Below are positions 28,561 to 36,766 of a stretch of DNA of 44,924 bases, piece by piece. The stretch comes from a virus (taxonomy: Duplodnaviria; Caudoviricetes), in the IMG/VR virus record IMGVR_UViG_3300030450_001608, positions 1 through 44,924 of that record. One strand, 5' to 3'. Under the pieces are notes generated by a model. That model had not been told where the DNA came from. It saw only the letters and a program-made list of their open reading frames with translations, and searched no databases. The translations under genes and the position numbers were made by a program. Position 1 is the stretch's first letter. The number at the start of each line of letters is the position of its first letter.

Positions 28561-29576
28561 TATAGACGCTCCTGAATCCACATTTGGCAAGCTAACGACC
28601 AATCTTCGCCGATTATATTTTTACACAATTCCAAGGCTTCTTTCTTATTACCTTGTTTGTAGGTGTACCAGACTTTCAACATTGGTCCGGTAATATAATT
28701 AAAATAAGAACTTTCAAATTCTAAATCAGCTAGAATATTACTTAACCCTGTATCGTCGTAAACTTCAAACAATAAATCTAAATCGCGTTCAAAAGAATTC
28801 ATTTCCCTAGGATTCATACGAATACTGGAAATATTAAAATGTTCATAAGGGTCTTCATATTCAATAGGAGTGGTAATAAGTTTATCCCAAAGTTTACCTC
28901 CCATACCGCTAGTATATACATGAAAAGAATTACTAACTTGATAATACGTACCCATAGGGATATCTAGCTGAGCTGCGACGTATTCTTGCAACATACTAAA
29001 CTGAACAGCGTTAGCACCATAAGCGCCCCACAACATATCGTTAGAACGATTATAGACAGTCATATCGAGACGACCAGAGCGAATACGGAATACAACTGAC
29101 ATGTTACAGGCTTTATCTAATGTAGCTTTGTCGATGTCCTGAGTGTCCCAAATTTGCATAACCGCTTGACGACTGTTAGGTTCATTTTTCAAAATACTAA
29201 TAACGTCTTCAATTTGGTCAGTTTTATAATTAGCGCTATCTTTGAAATAGTTGCGTAATCGATAACCGTAAGGGGCATTAAAAGTAACTCCGTTATCGCT
29301 AAAACTCGCCATATTTTTATTGAATTCAGTTAAGAATCCAACATCGTTACGACCAGCTAATATCCAAAGGCTTTCCATAAAATGGAAAAACGGATTGGCG
29401 TCACGGGTAGGGTTGATTAAAACACGTTCCCAAGGTTTTTCATAAGCCGTTGTTACCGGAGTTGGAATTTCCAAAGTTATACCAGCACGAGAATCTATTT
29501 CGATACCTTGATTTAACATCATACCGATACCATTGGAAAGAGCTTGATTTACATTATTAACTGTTACGACTTTCAT
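28560..29576 (-). CDS. Thymidylate-synthase-like enzyme, probable dUMP hydroxymethylase
   Basis: SRQAV, catalytic Cys (KACN), RSNDMLWGAYGANAVQF (Asn indicates dUMP specificity), SFHVY. Confidence 0.85.
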   Translation of the reverse strand: MKVVTVNNVNQALSNGIGMMLNQGIEIDSRAGITLEIPTPVTTAYEKPWERVLINPTRDANPFFHFMESLWILAGRNDVGFLTEFNKNMASFSDNGVTFNAPYGYRLRNYFKDSANYKTDQIEDVISILKNEPNSRQAVMQIWDTQDIDKATLDKACNMSVVFRIRSGRLDMTVYNRSNDMLWGAYGANAVQFSMLQEYVAAQLDIPMGTYYQVSNSFHVYTSGMGGKLWDKLITTPIEYEDPYEHFNISSIRMNPREMNSFERDLDLLFEVYDDTGLSNILADLEFESSYFNYITGPMLKVWYTYKQGNKKEALELCKNIIGEDWSLACQMWIQERL

Positions 29577-29752
29577 TAGATTTTACCTCTTAGGTAGATT
29601 TTAGAACCTTCAACCGCTAAAACATTACGATTGTTTACTTTTAATTGAGGGTAAGGTAGTTCTGATTTAAACAAATGTTCTCTACCTTCTTCCATCGCCT
29701 TTTCAATATATTGGTTATTACTAAGTGTTTTACTTTTACGCTGTTTAGCCAT
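29576..29752 (-). CDS. 58-aa basic hypothetical protein, missing from the ORF track
   Basis: MAKQRKSKTLSNNQYIEKAMEEGREHLF...KIYLRGKI*. Overlaps the upstream stop and is coupled downstream by TAATG. Confidence 0.7.
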   Translation of the reverse strand: MAKQRKSKTLSNNQYIEKAMEEGREHLFKSELPYPQLKVNNRNVLAVEGSKIYLRGKI

Positions 29753-30614
29753 TGTATTTCCTTTTAGACCTTCCGGTGTTATTGGTTACTCGCATGAACT
29801 TATCATATTCGCAGAAACAATTCTGTAAATTCTGCATACATAGTTTATCTAGTATACTTCCGTCTAGCTCCATAAACAATAGCTCGTAAGCATCATTTAT
29901 CATTTTATGGAAGTTTTTGTTCGTCACCTGCTCTTCCCAGAACCAAGATAAACCACGTAAACTTCCAGGACCAGGAGCACAAAAAGAATCCCAATCAGGA
30001 GCGCCGCTTAATGGATGCCCTTCTGTATTTTTTAAATCTGCTACCACTTGAGCAGCCAAGAAGCTCGCTAAACCTTCAAGCGTCATCAGTTTTTTATGAG
30101 CTTGTTCTAAAGTTTCACAGCCGTCAATTATATCTGCCGAATTTGATATTTTTTCTAGAATTTGTAAGCAATAAGTAGATTTATCTATTTTCTTACCATT
30201 GGTAGAAATAATATACGCACCGTTCCAAATATTTTCACCGCGTTCTTTACGGTCGTGCAATACAGTTTCAGCATGTTCTAACCAGATATATAAATCAAAG
30301 TCTTCACCGACAGGTTGTTTTAATTCAGCTAAAGTACTCGGTAAATTAAATATACGAGCTACAATCATACCGAACGTATAAACTTGAGTTGTATCTTCAC
30401 CTAATAAGTCTGGGTCTTTACATTCACCGTATACCCAATTATCACGTATCCATTTCGTTACTTTGTCGTCTTCCCTGTCTACGTTGCAAAAATATGTTTG
30501 CTGCATAACCGGATTGTTAGACCACGGCTTAGGTAAACCAGCTTCTTTCTTTTTACGGATAGATTCACGTTCGTTAATCCAGTAAATCATCTGTTTTTGG
30601 TTTTCAGTAATCAC
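29745..30614 (-). CDS. aGPT-Pplase clade-1 / HMUDK helical-domain protein (HhH-glycosylase-like DNA modification protein)
   Basis: WINERESIR..K..G.PKPWS..P, FCNVDREDD, RIFN, FLAAQVVADL, PGPGSLRGL, QNCFCEYDKF.R. Confidence 0.85.
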   Translation of the reverse strand: MITENQKQMIYWINERESIRKKKEAGLPKPWSNNPVMQQTYFCNVDREDDKVTKWIRDNWVYGECKDPDLLGEDTTQVYTFGMIVARIFNLPSTLAELKQPVGEDFDLYIWLEHAETVLHDRKERGENIWNGAYIISTNGKKIDKSTYCLQILEKISNSADIIDGCETLEQAHKKLMTLEGLASFLAAQVVADLKNTEGHPLSGAPDWDSFCAPGPGSLRGLSWFWEEQVTNKNFHKMINDAYELLFMELDGSILDKLCMQNLQNCFCEYDKFMRVTNNTGRSKRKYNG

Positions 30615-31624
30615 CAGTTGAAACCCTCATCAATAGTTAATATTGGGATGATGTTTTCTTTAGCTCTTTTAGTCGGTGATCTATCTGGTCCACCAGCTAA
30701 CGCTTCTAAACATATTTCTAAATCAGCTTCTGTCGGCTTCTCTAACTCTACCTTACCTTTTTTATCCGGTAGTAAGCCAACACGGTATGATTTAGCATTG
30801 CAGCCACGACAAGGACGTATCGCTTCCCGCTGTCTATCCATAAGGAATTTACGAGCACTATGGAAATATTTATTATTCCAAAGCGTTTCAACATCGGTAT
30901 CTAAAACATTTCCGCACGTATATTCACCGATAAAATCATTACAGCATAGGTTAACAGACCCGTCAGAATTAATACTAAGCTCGCGGAAAGGTTTAGCGCA
31001 TAACGCATTAGATTGCGAATTATCAATTTCACCTCCACTACCGCAATGATTATTCAACATTGCGTGAGTACCTTTATCATTTAGGTTTATAGGGCTGATA
31101 AAGCTCACATATTTCTTTTTGGTACGTTGATGAGGATTACCTGCTTTTTCTTCAGGATACTGGTAAACAGAAATACCTTGTTCATCTAAATCAAATTCAT
31201 CAATACCAGCTTTAATCTTATTAATAAAATTAACTCGCTCGTATTCGTCCAATGCTAATATAGTTCCACCAGCTTGGAAGAAACCAAGTACGGATTTATG
31301 AATTTCCCTAGACTTAACAATTCCCCCACCATTACCAGTCAACATGATTTGATTTTTAGGTAAATGTTTATGGAAGATGCCGATAATTTCAATCCAGTTT
31401 GGATTCATTGTTGGTTCTCCATGCATAGCAAATTCCAAGCGTGAATTCCACCCTGTAAAAGCAATTGATTCAGCAATATGCTCGGCATTTTCAACGGTCA
31501 TAAATTTCAAACCTTTATTCGGTTTTTCTTGGAATCCGTTAATACCGCAAAAACTACACTGGAGATTACATCCAGTAGTTAATTCAATTTGAATTGAGAA
31601 TGGTGCTTCTTGTTTATAACTCAT
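30611..31624 (-). CDS. Radical SAM enzyme with SPASM/twitch domain (likely start 31624)
   Basis: CNLQCSFC, HGEPTMNP, C-terminal CAKPF..DGSVNLCCND..GNV..PCRGC. Confidence 0.9.
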   Translation of the reverse strand: MSYKQEAPFSIQIELTTGCNLQCSFCGINGFQEKPNKGLKFMTVENAEHIAESIAFTGWNSRLEFAMHGEPTMNPNWIEIIGIFHKHLPKNQIMLTGNGGGIVKSREIHKSVLGFFQAGGTILALDEYERVNFINKIKAGIDEFDLDEQGISVYQYPEEKAGNPHQRTKKKYVSFISPINLNDKGTHAMLNNHCGSGGEIDNSQSNALCAKPFRELSINSDGSVNLCCNDFIGEYTCGNVLDTDVETLWNNKYFHSARKFLMDRQREAIRPCRGCNAKSYRVGLLPDKKGKVELEKPTEADLEICLEALAGGPDRSPTKRAKENIIPILTIDEGFNW

Positions 31625-32414
31625 TACTTTTAACCCCTTGCTCATAAGCTTTTTTCCACTGGACACGAACATCATATCTTTCGTTCATACCTTTCCACGT
31701 GGTTTTAGTTTTCTTTTTAACTACGGTTACAAAATCAGGAAAAGCTTCTGCTAATTGTTCAGCGTTACGTTTTTGCATTTCCCAAGTTCTGTAAGTGGAA
31801 CAACCGCCTTTTTCATTACTACCTTTTTGATTCCAACACCATTGATACATCACACGATTAGGAATACCAAGGGATAGTAAATCAAGCGTCATGTGAAAAT
31901 CTTCCATGACTTCTTGTTTATTAAATTTCAACCCGTAATGTTTAAATAGATTAACGTCAATACCGTGGAAATTCATTTGCCGTGTAACGTCTTTAAACGG
32001 CTCCTCAACACGATTATTACCTTGTCTAGCGCTTACACCCACTACTGGATATCCTTCTAAAGATAGCCAGTCGGTAAGCTCTTGGAACATTTCAATACAG
32101 GTCTGTTCTGTACATTTTTCAAGACTGGTAGTTTCTCCAATGCGCTTGAAAAATATCATGTCGTCATCAAGTAAGAATGCGTATGGGGTTTCGCAATTTT
32201 CAATAGCCCATTGCCTCACATTACCGATACCAGTAACAAGTTCCGGTAGACCTACAATTTCCACCGGATACATCTGGTCTTCGTATTCTTCAAACTCATC
32301 TTCGTCCACTAGAATTTTAACACGAGGGTGAAGTATTTCAGGTAAATTACTAAGAGTAACTTGTTCTTCTGGGCGACCTTTACTTGGAATAAAAATCGTA
32401 ATTTCTTCAAACAT
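31614..32414 (-). CDS. GT-A glycosyltransferase, TAGT/GREB1/J-glucosyltransferase-like
   Basis: IFIPSKGR, GIGNVRQW, LLDDD (DxD), EDFHMTL, GGCSTYR. Confidence 0.8.
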   Translation of the reverse strand: MFEEITIFIPSKGRPEEQVTLSNLPEILHPRVKILVDEDEFEEYEDQMYPVEIVGLPELVTGIGNVRQWAIENCETPYAFLLDDDMIFFKRIGETTSLEKCTEQTCIEMFQELTDWLSLEGYPVVGVSARQGNNRVEEPFKDVTRQMNFHGIDVNLFKHYGLKFNKQEVMEDFHMTLDLLSLGIPNRVMYQWCWNQKGSNEKGGCSTYRTWEMQKRNAEQLAEAFPDFVTVVKKKTKTTWKGMNERYDVRVQWKKAYEQGVKSNEL

Positions 32415-33082
32415 TATAAACCTTCCTCCAAACTGATTTTACCCATTTTAGCAAGGTCACGAATAGATGTAACGGCATAACTTTCATTAGCCATTTCACC
32501 AGACTTACCTCTTACATGATTAGTGGTTATATATTCAACTACTTCCCCAACTGTTACACACATTTCATCTTCAACGGCTGTAACGATTGTACTAAGAATA
32601 CTCCCTTCTTTGGACTTACCGTTTACTATAGTAATTTCCTGAGAATAGTCAAGTTTAATACGCGGTTTTGACGCTCGCTGAGTAGGTTTTTTATTTTCCC
32701 CTGTGGCTTTTGCCGCTTTAGGTTTTACCGCTTTGCTGGTGGCTTCTGGTTTATCCTGCTCGCCCTTTTTAAGCATCTTTTTACCGAGGGATTTTGTGAA
32801 TACAGGATAGTCGTCTGAGTTCTTTTTCAGGTGTGTCATGATAGCAGATGCAGCACCGTCTTCTTCCTCAAACTTCATATCACGGCCTGATAAATTGGTG
32901 TAAAGGGTGTTTAACTCTTTAAGTGTTAATTCCATTACAAGGTCGTCAGGTTCGCCGACAAGGGTTAACGCCAAGTCTAAACCGTTATCAACAATATAAG
33001 CCGCCAAAAGCTCAGAATCCTCGTGACAGCTTTCAACTTCAAGTAAATCGTTATCAATCAAATAGTGCATATTTAGCTCCAA
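32414..33082 (-). CDS. Putative DNA-binding protein, paralog of 33122..33643
   Basis: K/A/P linker and a helical C-terminal domain similar to the neighbouring gene. Confidence 0.6.
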   Translation of the reverse strand: MELNMHYLIDNDLLEVESCHEDSELLAAYIVDNGLDLALTLVGEPDDLVMELTLKELNTLYTNLSGRDMKFEEEDGAASAIMTHLKKNSDDYPVFTKSLGKKMLKKGEQDKPEATSKAVKPKAAKATGENKKPTQRASKPRIKLDYSQEITIVNGKSKEGSILSTIVTAVEDEMCVTVGEVVEYITTNHVRGKSGEMANESYAVTSIRDLAKMGKISLEEGL

Positions 33083-33111
33083 ATAAAAATAAGCTGGTAA
33101 AGTATACCAGC
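33081..33111 (-). terminator. Terminator-like hairpin
   Basis: The - strand reads gctggta tactt taccagc ttatttttattt. Confidence 0.6.
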
Positions 33112-33121
33112 CTTTTAGGAA

Positions 33122-33643
33122 TTAAGCGATACGGATGTGGTCTTTATTGATTAACCAGTTAACTGAAACTCTAGCAAAAGCTCGCGTTACTTCAGTTCCG
33201 TTAGGGCGTGTGAAATCAGCTTCGATACGGTCAACGACTTCTTGGTATTCAACACCATCTTCATAAGCACTAACAAGGTTTAAAACAAACTCGTTAATTG
33301 AATTTTCTTTTGGAACATAAGAACTAGGGATAAACTTAAGAACCATGCTGTCTTCAAATTTAACTTTACGACCAGCCTTTTCAGCTTTAGCTGGTTTTTC
33401 AGCTTTAGATTTAGCTACGGTTTCAGCTGCTAAACGTTTCGCAACACTAGCTTTTTGTTCTTCAAGCTTATTAAAATATTCAGCTTGAATTTCAGCAACA
33501 CGTTTTTGACCAGTTGCTTTATCACGGAACTTTTTAATTTCTTTTTTACCAAGTTCACGAGCATACTCGTTGTAGAACTCAGCTAGTTGTGCAAAAGGAG
33601 CTTGTTCGATAGTAGATGTTGAAAGTGCGATAATGTTTTTCAT
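33122..33643 (-). CDS. Putative DNA-binding early protein
   Basis: L..FYN..IKKFRDK N-terminal motif and K/A-rich linker; own promoter. Confidence 0.65.
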   Translation of the reverse strand: MKNIIALSTSTIEQAPFAQLAEFYNEYARELGKKEIKKFRDKATGQKRVAEIQAEYFNKLEEQKASVAKRLAAETVAKSKAEKPAKAEKAGRKVKFEDSMVLKFIPSSYVPKENSINEFVLNLVSAYEDGVEYQEVVDRIEADFTRPNGTEVTRAFARVSVNWLINKDHIRIA

Positions 33644-33701
33644 GATGATATTTCCTGTTTAAGTGTTTCTGTCTAAGCGGTGTTGCCTAACCAGTGATTT
33701 C

Positions 33702-33730
33702 ATTATTAACCAGCTTAGAAGAGAACGCAA
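33702..33730 (-). promoter_or_regulatory. Sigma70-like promoter (TTGCGT-17-AATAAT) with leader shared with 250..296
   Basis: The - strand reads ttgcgt tctcttctaagctggtt aataat gaaa tcactggttaggcaacaccgctta. Confidence 0.7.
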
Positions 33731-33759
33731 GGACTTTTTTAAACTTTTTCACAAATAAT

Positions 33760-33784
33760 AAAAAGGAGAGCAAAAAGCTCCCCT
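33760..33784 (-). terminator. Rho-independent terminator after the SSB gene
   Basis: The - strand reads aggggagc ttttt gctctcct tttt. Confidence 0.75.
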
Positions 33785-33801
33785 CTATTCAACAACTTAG
33801 A

Positions 33802-34365
33802 TTACAAGTCATCATCGTCATCAAAATCGTCACTATCGTCATCCGCAGCATAATCAGCGAATTCAGATGTAGCGGCAACACTACCGTCAAGTCGCTCACC
33901 TTTCTTACGTAACATAACGTTATTTAAACCAACGGCTACTCCAGGTTTTCCACCATCGCGAGGAGGGAATCCGTAGAAGTTACAACTAACGTGGAAGTAA
34001 GCACCACTATAGCAATATTCTTCTAAGTCGTCAATATCCGCTGGTTCACCGTTACGGTTGACAATTCCTGGCTTTCTATTACCGTTAACGTTGAAGAAAT
34101 AACAACCTTCATATTCCGGCTCATCACGCTCTTCGTCACCATCGCGTAAAGGTAATTTATAACGACCTTTTTTCTTCTTAGCTTCTTCGCCGTGTTTGGA
34201 AACCAAAGCTTCGTCAATCGCTTTTTGGATTTTACGAACTTGAGGGTCGTCTTTAGGAATGATTACCTGTAGACCGTAACCACCGTCTTCGCCGTTGTCT
34301 TTTTTACGTTGCTTGTCAACATATACATAAGAACAACGAACATTTTGGAGGATTAATTTTGGCAT
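33802..34365 (-). CDS. ssb: Single-stranded DNA-binding protein (DUF2815 / T7 gp2.5-like)
   Basis: NVRCSY, LPLRDGD, YSGAY, GVAVGLNNV..GERL, acidic tail. Confidence 0.85.
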   Translation of the reverse strand: MPKLILQNVRCSYVYVDKQRKKDNGEDGGYGLQVIIPKDDPQVRKIQKAIDEALVSKHGEEAKKKKGRYKLPLRDGDEERDEPEYEGCYFFNVNGNRKPGIVNRNGEPADIDDLEEYCYSGAYFHVSCNFYGFPPRDGGKPGVAVGLNNVMLRKKGERLDGSVAATSEFADYAADDDSDDFDDDDDL

Positions 34366-34431
34366 GATATATTTCCTGTTTATTTAATTACTGTTTTACT
34401 TAACCTGTTTAAGCCTGATTATTATGGCTTA

Positions 34432-35679
34432 TTATAGGTAATCTTTAAAGTCATTTTGCGCGGAAGTTTTCTGTGCAATACGTTTATCTTTCAGCGGTGC
34501 AATCACCAGACCGCCTTCTGGTTTATTAGTGCTTTCTTCTATAAGTTGCTCCAAAATCTGTTTAGCTTCTGCTTTAGAATGGTTTTGTTCCAATTTACGT
34601 TTAAGAAGAGATTTAATTTCACCTAATGCTTTCACTTTAGGTTCTTTTAATTCTTCTAAATCAATATATTCTGCTAAAGGTGAAAAGTCTTCGTCGAATA
34701 CAATATCATCAAGTTTTCTATGGGTAGTCTTACGAACTAATTTATACTTATATTCGTAATCTTTACTCCCTGCTTCAACTTCTTCGGTAACTTGCTTTTC
34801 AACTGCTACTAAAAAAGCCCGTATCATTTCTATATGTTCCATAACAGTTATTTTCTGTTCTGGAGTCATAGTTTTAGGTTCGGGGAATTTATCTTCAGCG
34901 AAATCAGCTATAGCTAATTCTTGAGTTTTATCATATAGCGCTGGACAATTACCAGCCGCAGCACAAAACCGACAGCCTTCTTCACTTGGTACTAAATCAG
35001 CGTCATCTTCTTTAGTAGCTAATGCTCCCGGAATTAGAACATTATCTTGCCACTCGTAAAGATAATCACTGTCGGTACGCCATTCCCTAATAGGTTCGGC
35101 CGCTTCTCTAGCTCTTGGTTGTATAATAGCTATAATTACCGTCCAGTTTTCTTCTTTTGGTATACCTAACTTATGTAAAGAACCTAGCGCGTATTGCATA
35201 GCCTGAGTATTTTCTTCAGGTTCTACTAACACACCTTGACCATGTTTATAGTCGGCTACGATTATAAATTGATGCTCTTGACATACTAAAAGGCCGTCGC
35301 TCGTACCTCCGTCAAGACCTGTAATACCCAAATGTTTAAGACTACAATGTACCTCAACATTTAGTTCTACAAGGGCGTCAGCTTGTACCTCAGCCTCGTT
35401 AATCTGGTCGTAGATATAATCCACATACACTTGGACAGCATCAACCATTTCTTGAGTTACAGTAAATTTAAAACCGTCAGCTTCCATAACTTTACCTAAG
35501 AAGTCTTTCGGTTCTTTACATTCTAATAAACACTTCTCACCTATTTCGTGAGCTACTGTACCTTCAGCCGCGTATTTACTGGTACGTTGTTCTTCTCCCT
35601 GAGCTTCACATAACGCGACACTTCCAGGACAGGTTAACCATCGCTTAGAAGCACTCGGTGATAATTTTGCATGAGCCAT
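34432..35679 (-). CDS. Cas4-like PD-(D/E)xK exonuclease (DUF2800)
   Basis: HAKLSPSASKRWLTCPGS, AAEGTVAH, GTSD, DYKHG, QPR, CRFC..C. Confidence 0.9.
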   Translation of the reverse strand: MAHAKLSPSASKRWLTCPGSVALCEAQGEEQRTSKYAAEGTVAHEIGEKCLLECKEPKDFLGKVMEADGFKFTVTQEMVDAVQVYVDYIYDQINEAEVQADALVELNVEVHCSLKHLGITGLDGGTSDGLLVCQEHQFIIVADYKHGQGVLVEPEENTQAMQYALGSLHKLGIPKEENWTVIIAIIQPRAREAAEPIREWRTDSDYLYEWQDNVLIPGALATKEDDADLVPSEEGCRFCAAAGNCPALYDKTQELAIADFAEDKFPEPKTMTPEQKITVMEHIEMIRAFLVAVEKQVTEEVEAGSKDYEYKYKLVRKTTHRKLDDIVFDEDFSPLAEYIDLEELKEPKVKALGEIKSLLKRKLEQNHSKAEAKQILEQLIEESTNKPEGGLVIAPLKDKRIAQKTSAQNDFKDYL

Positions 35680-35888
35680 TATAATAACTCCGGTTCATCA
35701 TCTGAAATCTTATATTTCAAATTTCTAATTTGTTTAGCTATTTCGTAAAAATGATGTTCATTATAACTATGTGAATAGCCTTTGGATAATCTTGATTTAT
35801 TTTCTTCTTTCATACCCTCGGCTTCCATTTTAAGAGCTTCTAATTCTATTACTATGTTTATTGGAAATAACACTACCATTCTCCCCAC
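35679..35888 (-). CDS. Hypothetical protein
   Basis: ORF coupled to DUF2800. Confidence 0.55.
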   Translation of the reverse strand: MGRMVVLFPINIVIELEALKMEAEGMKEENKSRLSKGYSHSYNEHHFYEIAKQIRNLKYKISDDEPELL

Positions 35889-36196
35889 TGTATTTCTTTA
35901 ATTTTAAGCCAATCTGGAAACTCTACTTCATTACCTGTATCGGTTATAATAACGCTATTAGGTATCCAGAAACCTTTTACTCCGTCACTACCGTCGTATG
36001 TTACAAAAAATGTAGATTTACGGGTAGTCTTATTAATGTATAGATATTCACGGGTGATAGAACCTTGTTTACTTTTCTTCTTAGGTTCTAATTTTGGTGC
36101 TGGTGGATATTCTAAAACAGGTGTAAACACTGGTTCAAATTCAGGGTCGAACGCTGGTGGTTCTGTTAAATAGTTTTCCCAATCTTGTTCGTTCAT
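35873..36196 (-). CDS. Hypothetical protein
   Basis: AGGAG RBS; FWIPNS motif. Confidence 0.7.
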   Translation of the reverse strand: MNEQDWENYLTEPPAFDPEFEPVFTPVLEYPPAPKLEPKKKSKQGSITREYLYINKTTRKSTFFVTYDGSDGVKGFWIPNSVIITDTGNEVEFPDWLKIKEIQWGEW

Positions 36197-36206
36197 AATC
36201 TACTCC

Positions 36207-36545
36207 TTAAAAAGGTATATCTTTCAAATTATGTTCTATACCGTTTTTATCTAGTAGGTCTACCGCTTTTTTAAGTTTGATTTCTAACATCATTATTTCG
36301 GAATGTAATTCATGACGGTAATCTTTCCCACCTGTAGGGGTGAATATAGTTTGCCACATCTCAGCCCGTTCATGGTAATCTACGATAGAATCTTTACAAT
36401 ACATAGATAAATCACTAGAACAATGTTTTAAATCATAAGCGCATCTTCTAGCTGCTTTTAATGTTAAAACATATTGTTCTAGCATATCATAATAAGGTGT
36501 TTTTCTAAATTGCCAACAAAGGATAATAAATATCAAATATTTCAT
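36207..36545 (-). CDS. Hypothetical protein
   Basis: ORF in a tightly packed early cluster; ends in DIPF. Confidence 0.6.
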   Translation of the reverse strand: MKYLIFIILCWQFRKTPYYDMLEQYVLTLKAARRCAYDLKHCSSDLSMYCKDSIVDYHERAEMWQTIFTPTGGKDYRHELHSEIMMLEIKLKKAVDLLDKNGIEHNLKDIPF

Positions 36546-36766
36546 TTCTCAAACCTCGTATTATAACAGGCTCTACACCAACAATGAATTCCGGCCGCTT
36601 TGCTTTTACAGCTATGGAAGAACTCAGTGTCACTAGGTAGCCATTCTTTACACTTGGTACATTTAACCTCACGTCCAAGCTCGCTGAAACGGACTGTACC
36701 CCGCTTACTACGTAAAGCAGTATAACGGGGTGACCAGTAAGGTGAAAACGGTACAGGGATGATCAC
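36542..36766 (-). CDS. Small zinc-finger protein
   Basis: CTKCKEW..EFF..G..WCRAC. Confidence 0.7.
   Translation of the reverse strand: MIIPVPFSPYWSPRYTALRSKRGTVRFSELGREVKCTKCKEWLPSDTEFFHSCKSKAAGIHCWCRACYNTRFEK

Noticed and set aside
28560-29576. dCMP hydroxymethylase (T4-like glucosyl-hmC system)
   Set aside because: The specificity residue is Asn rather than Asp, and the linked dCTP deaminase and aGPT-like gene point to uracil/thymine chemistry. Not excluded without an assay.
30611-31624. QueE / 7-deazaguanine pathway or RiPP maturase
   Set aside because: No folE, queD, queC or dpdA and no convincing precursor peptide. The context is pyrimidine modification.
34432-35679. Cas4-like protein as a sign of CRISPR-Cas
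   Set aside because: No repeat-spacer array or other cas genes are visible, and DUF2800 is a common phage replication nuclease.
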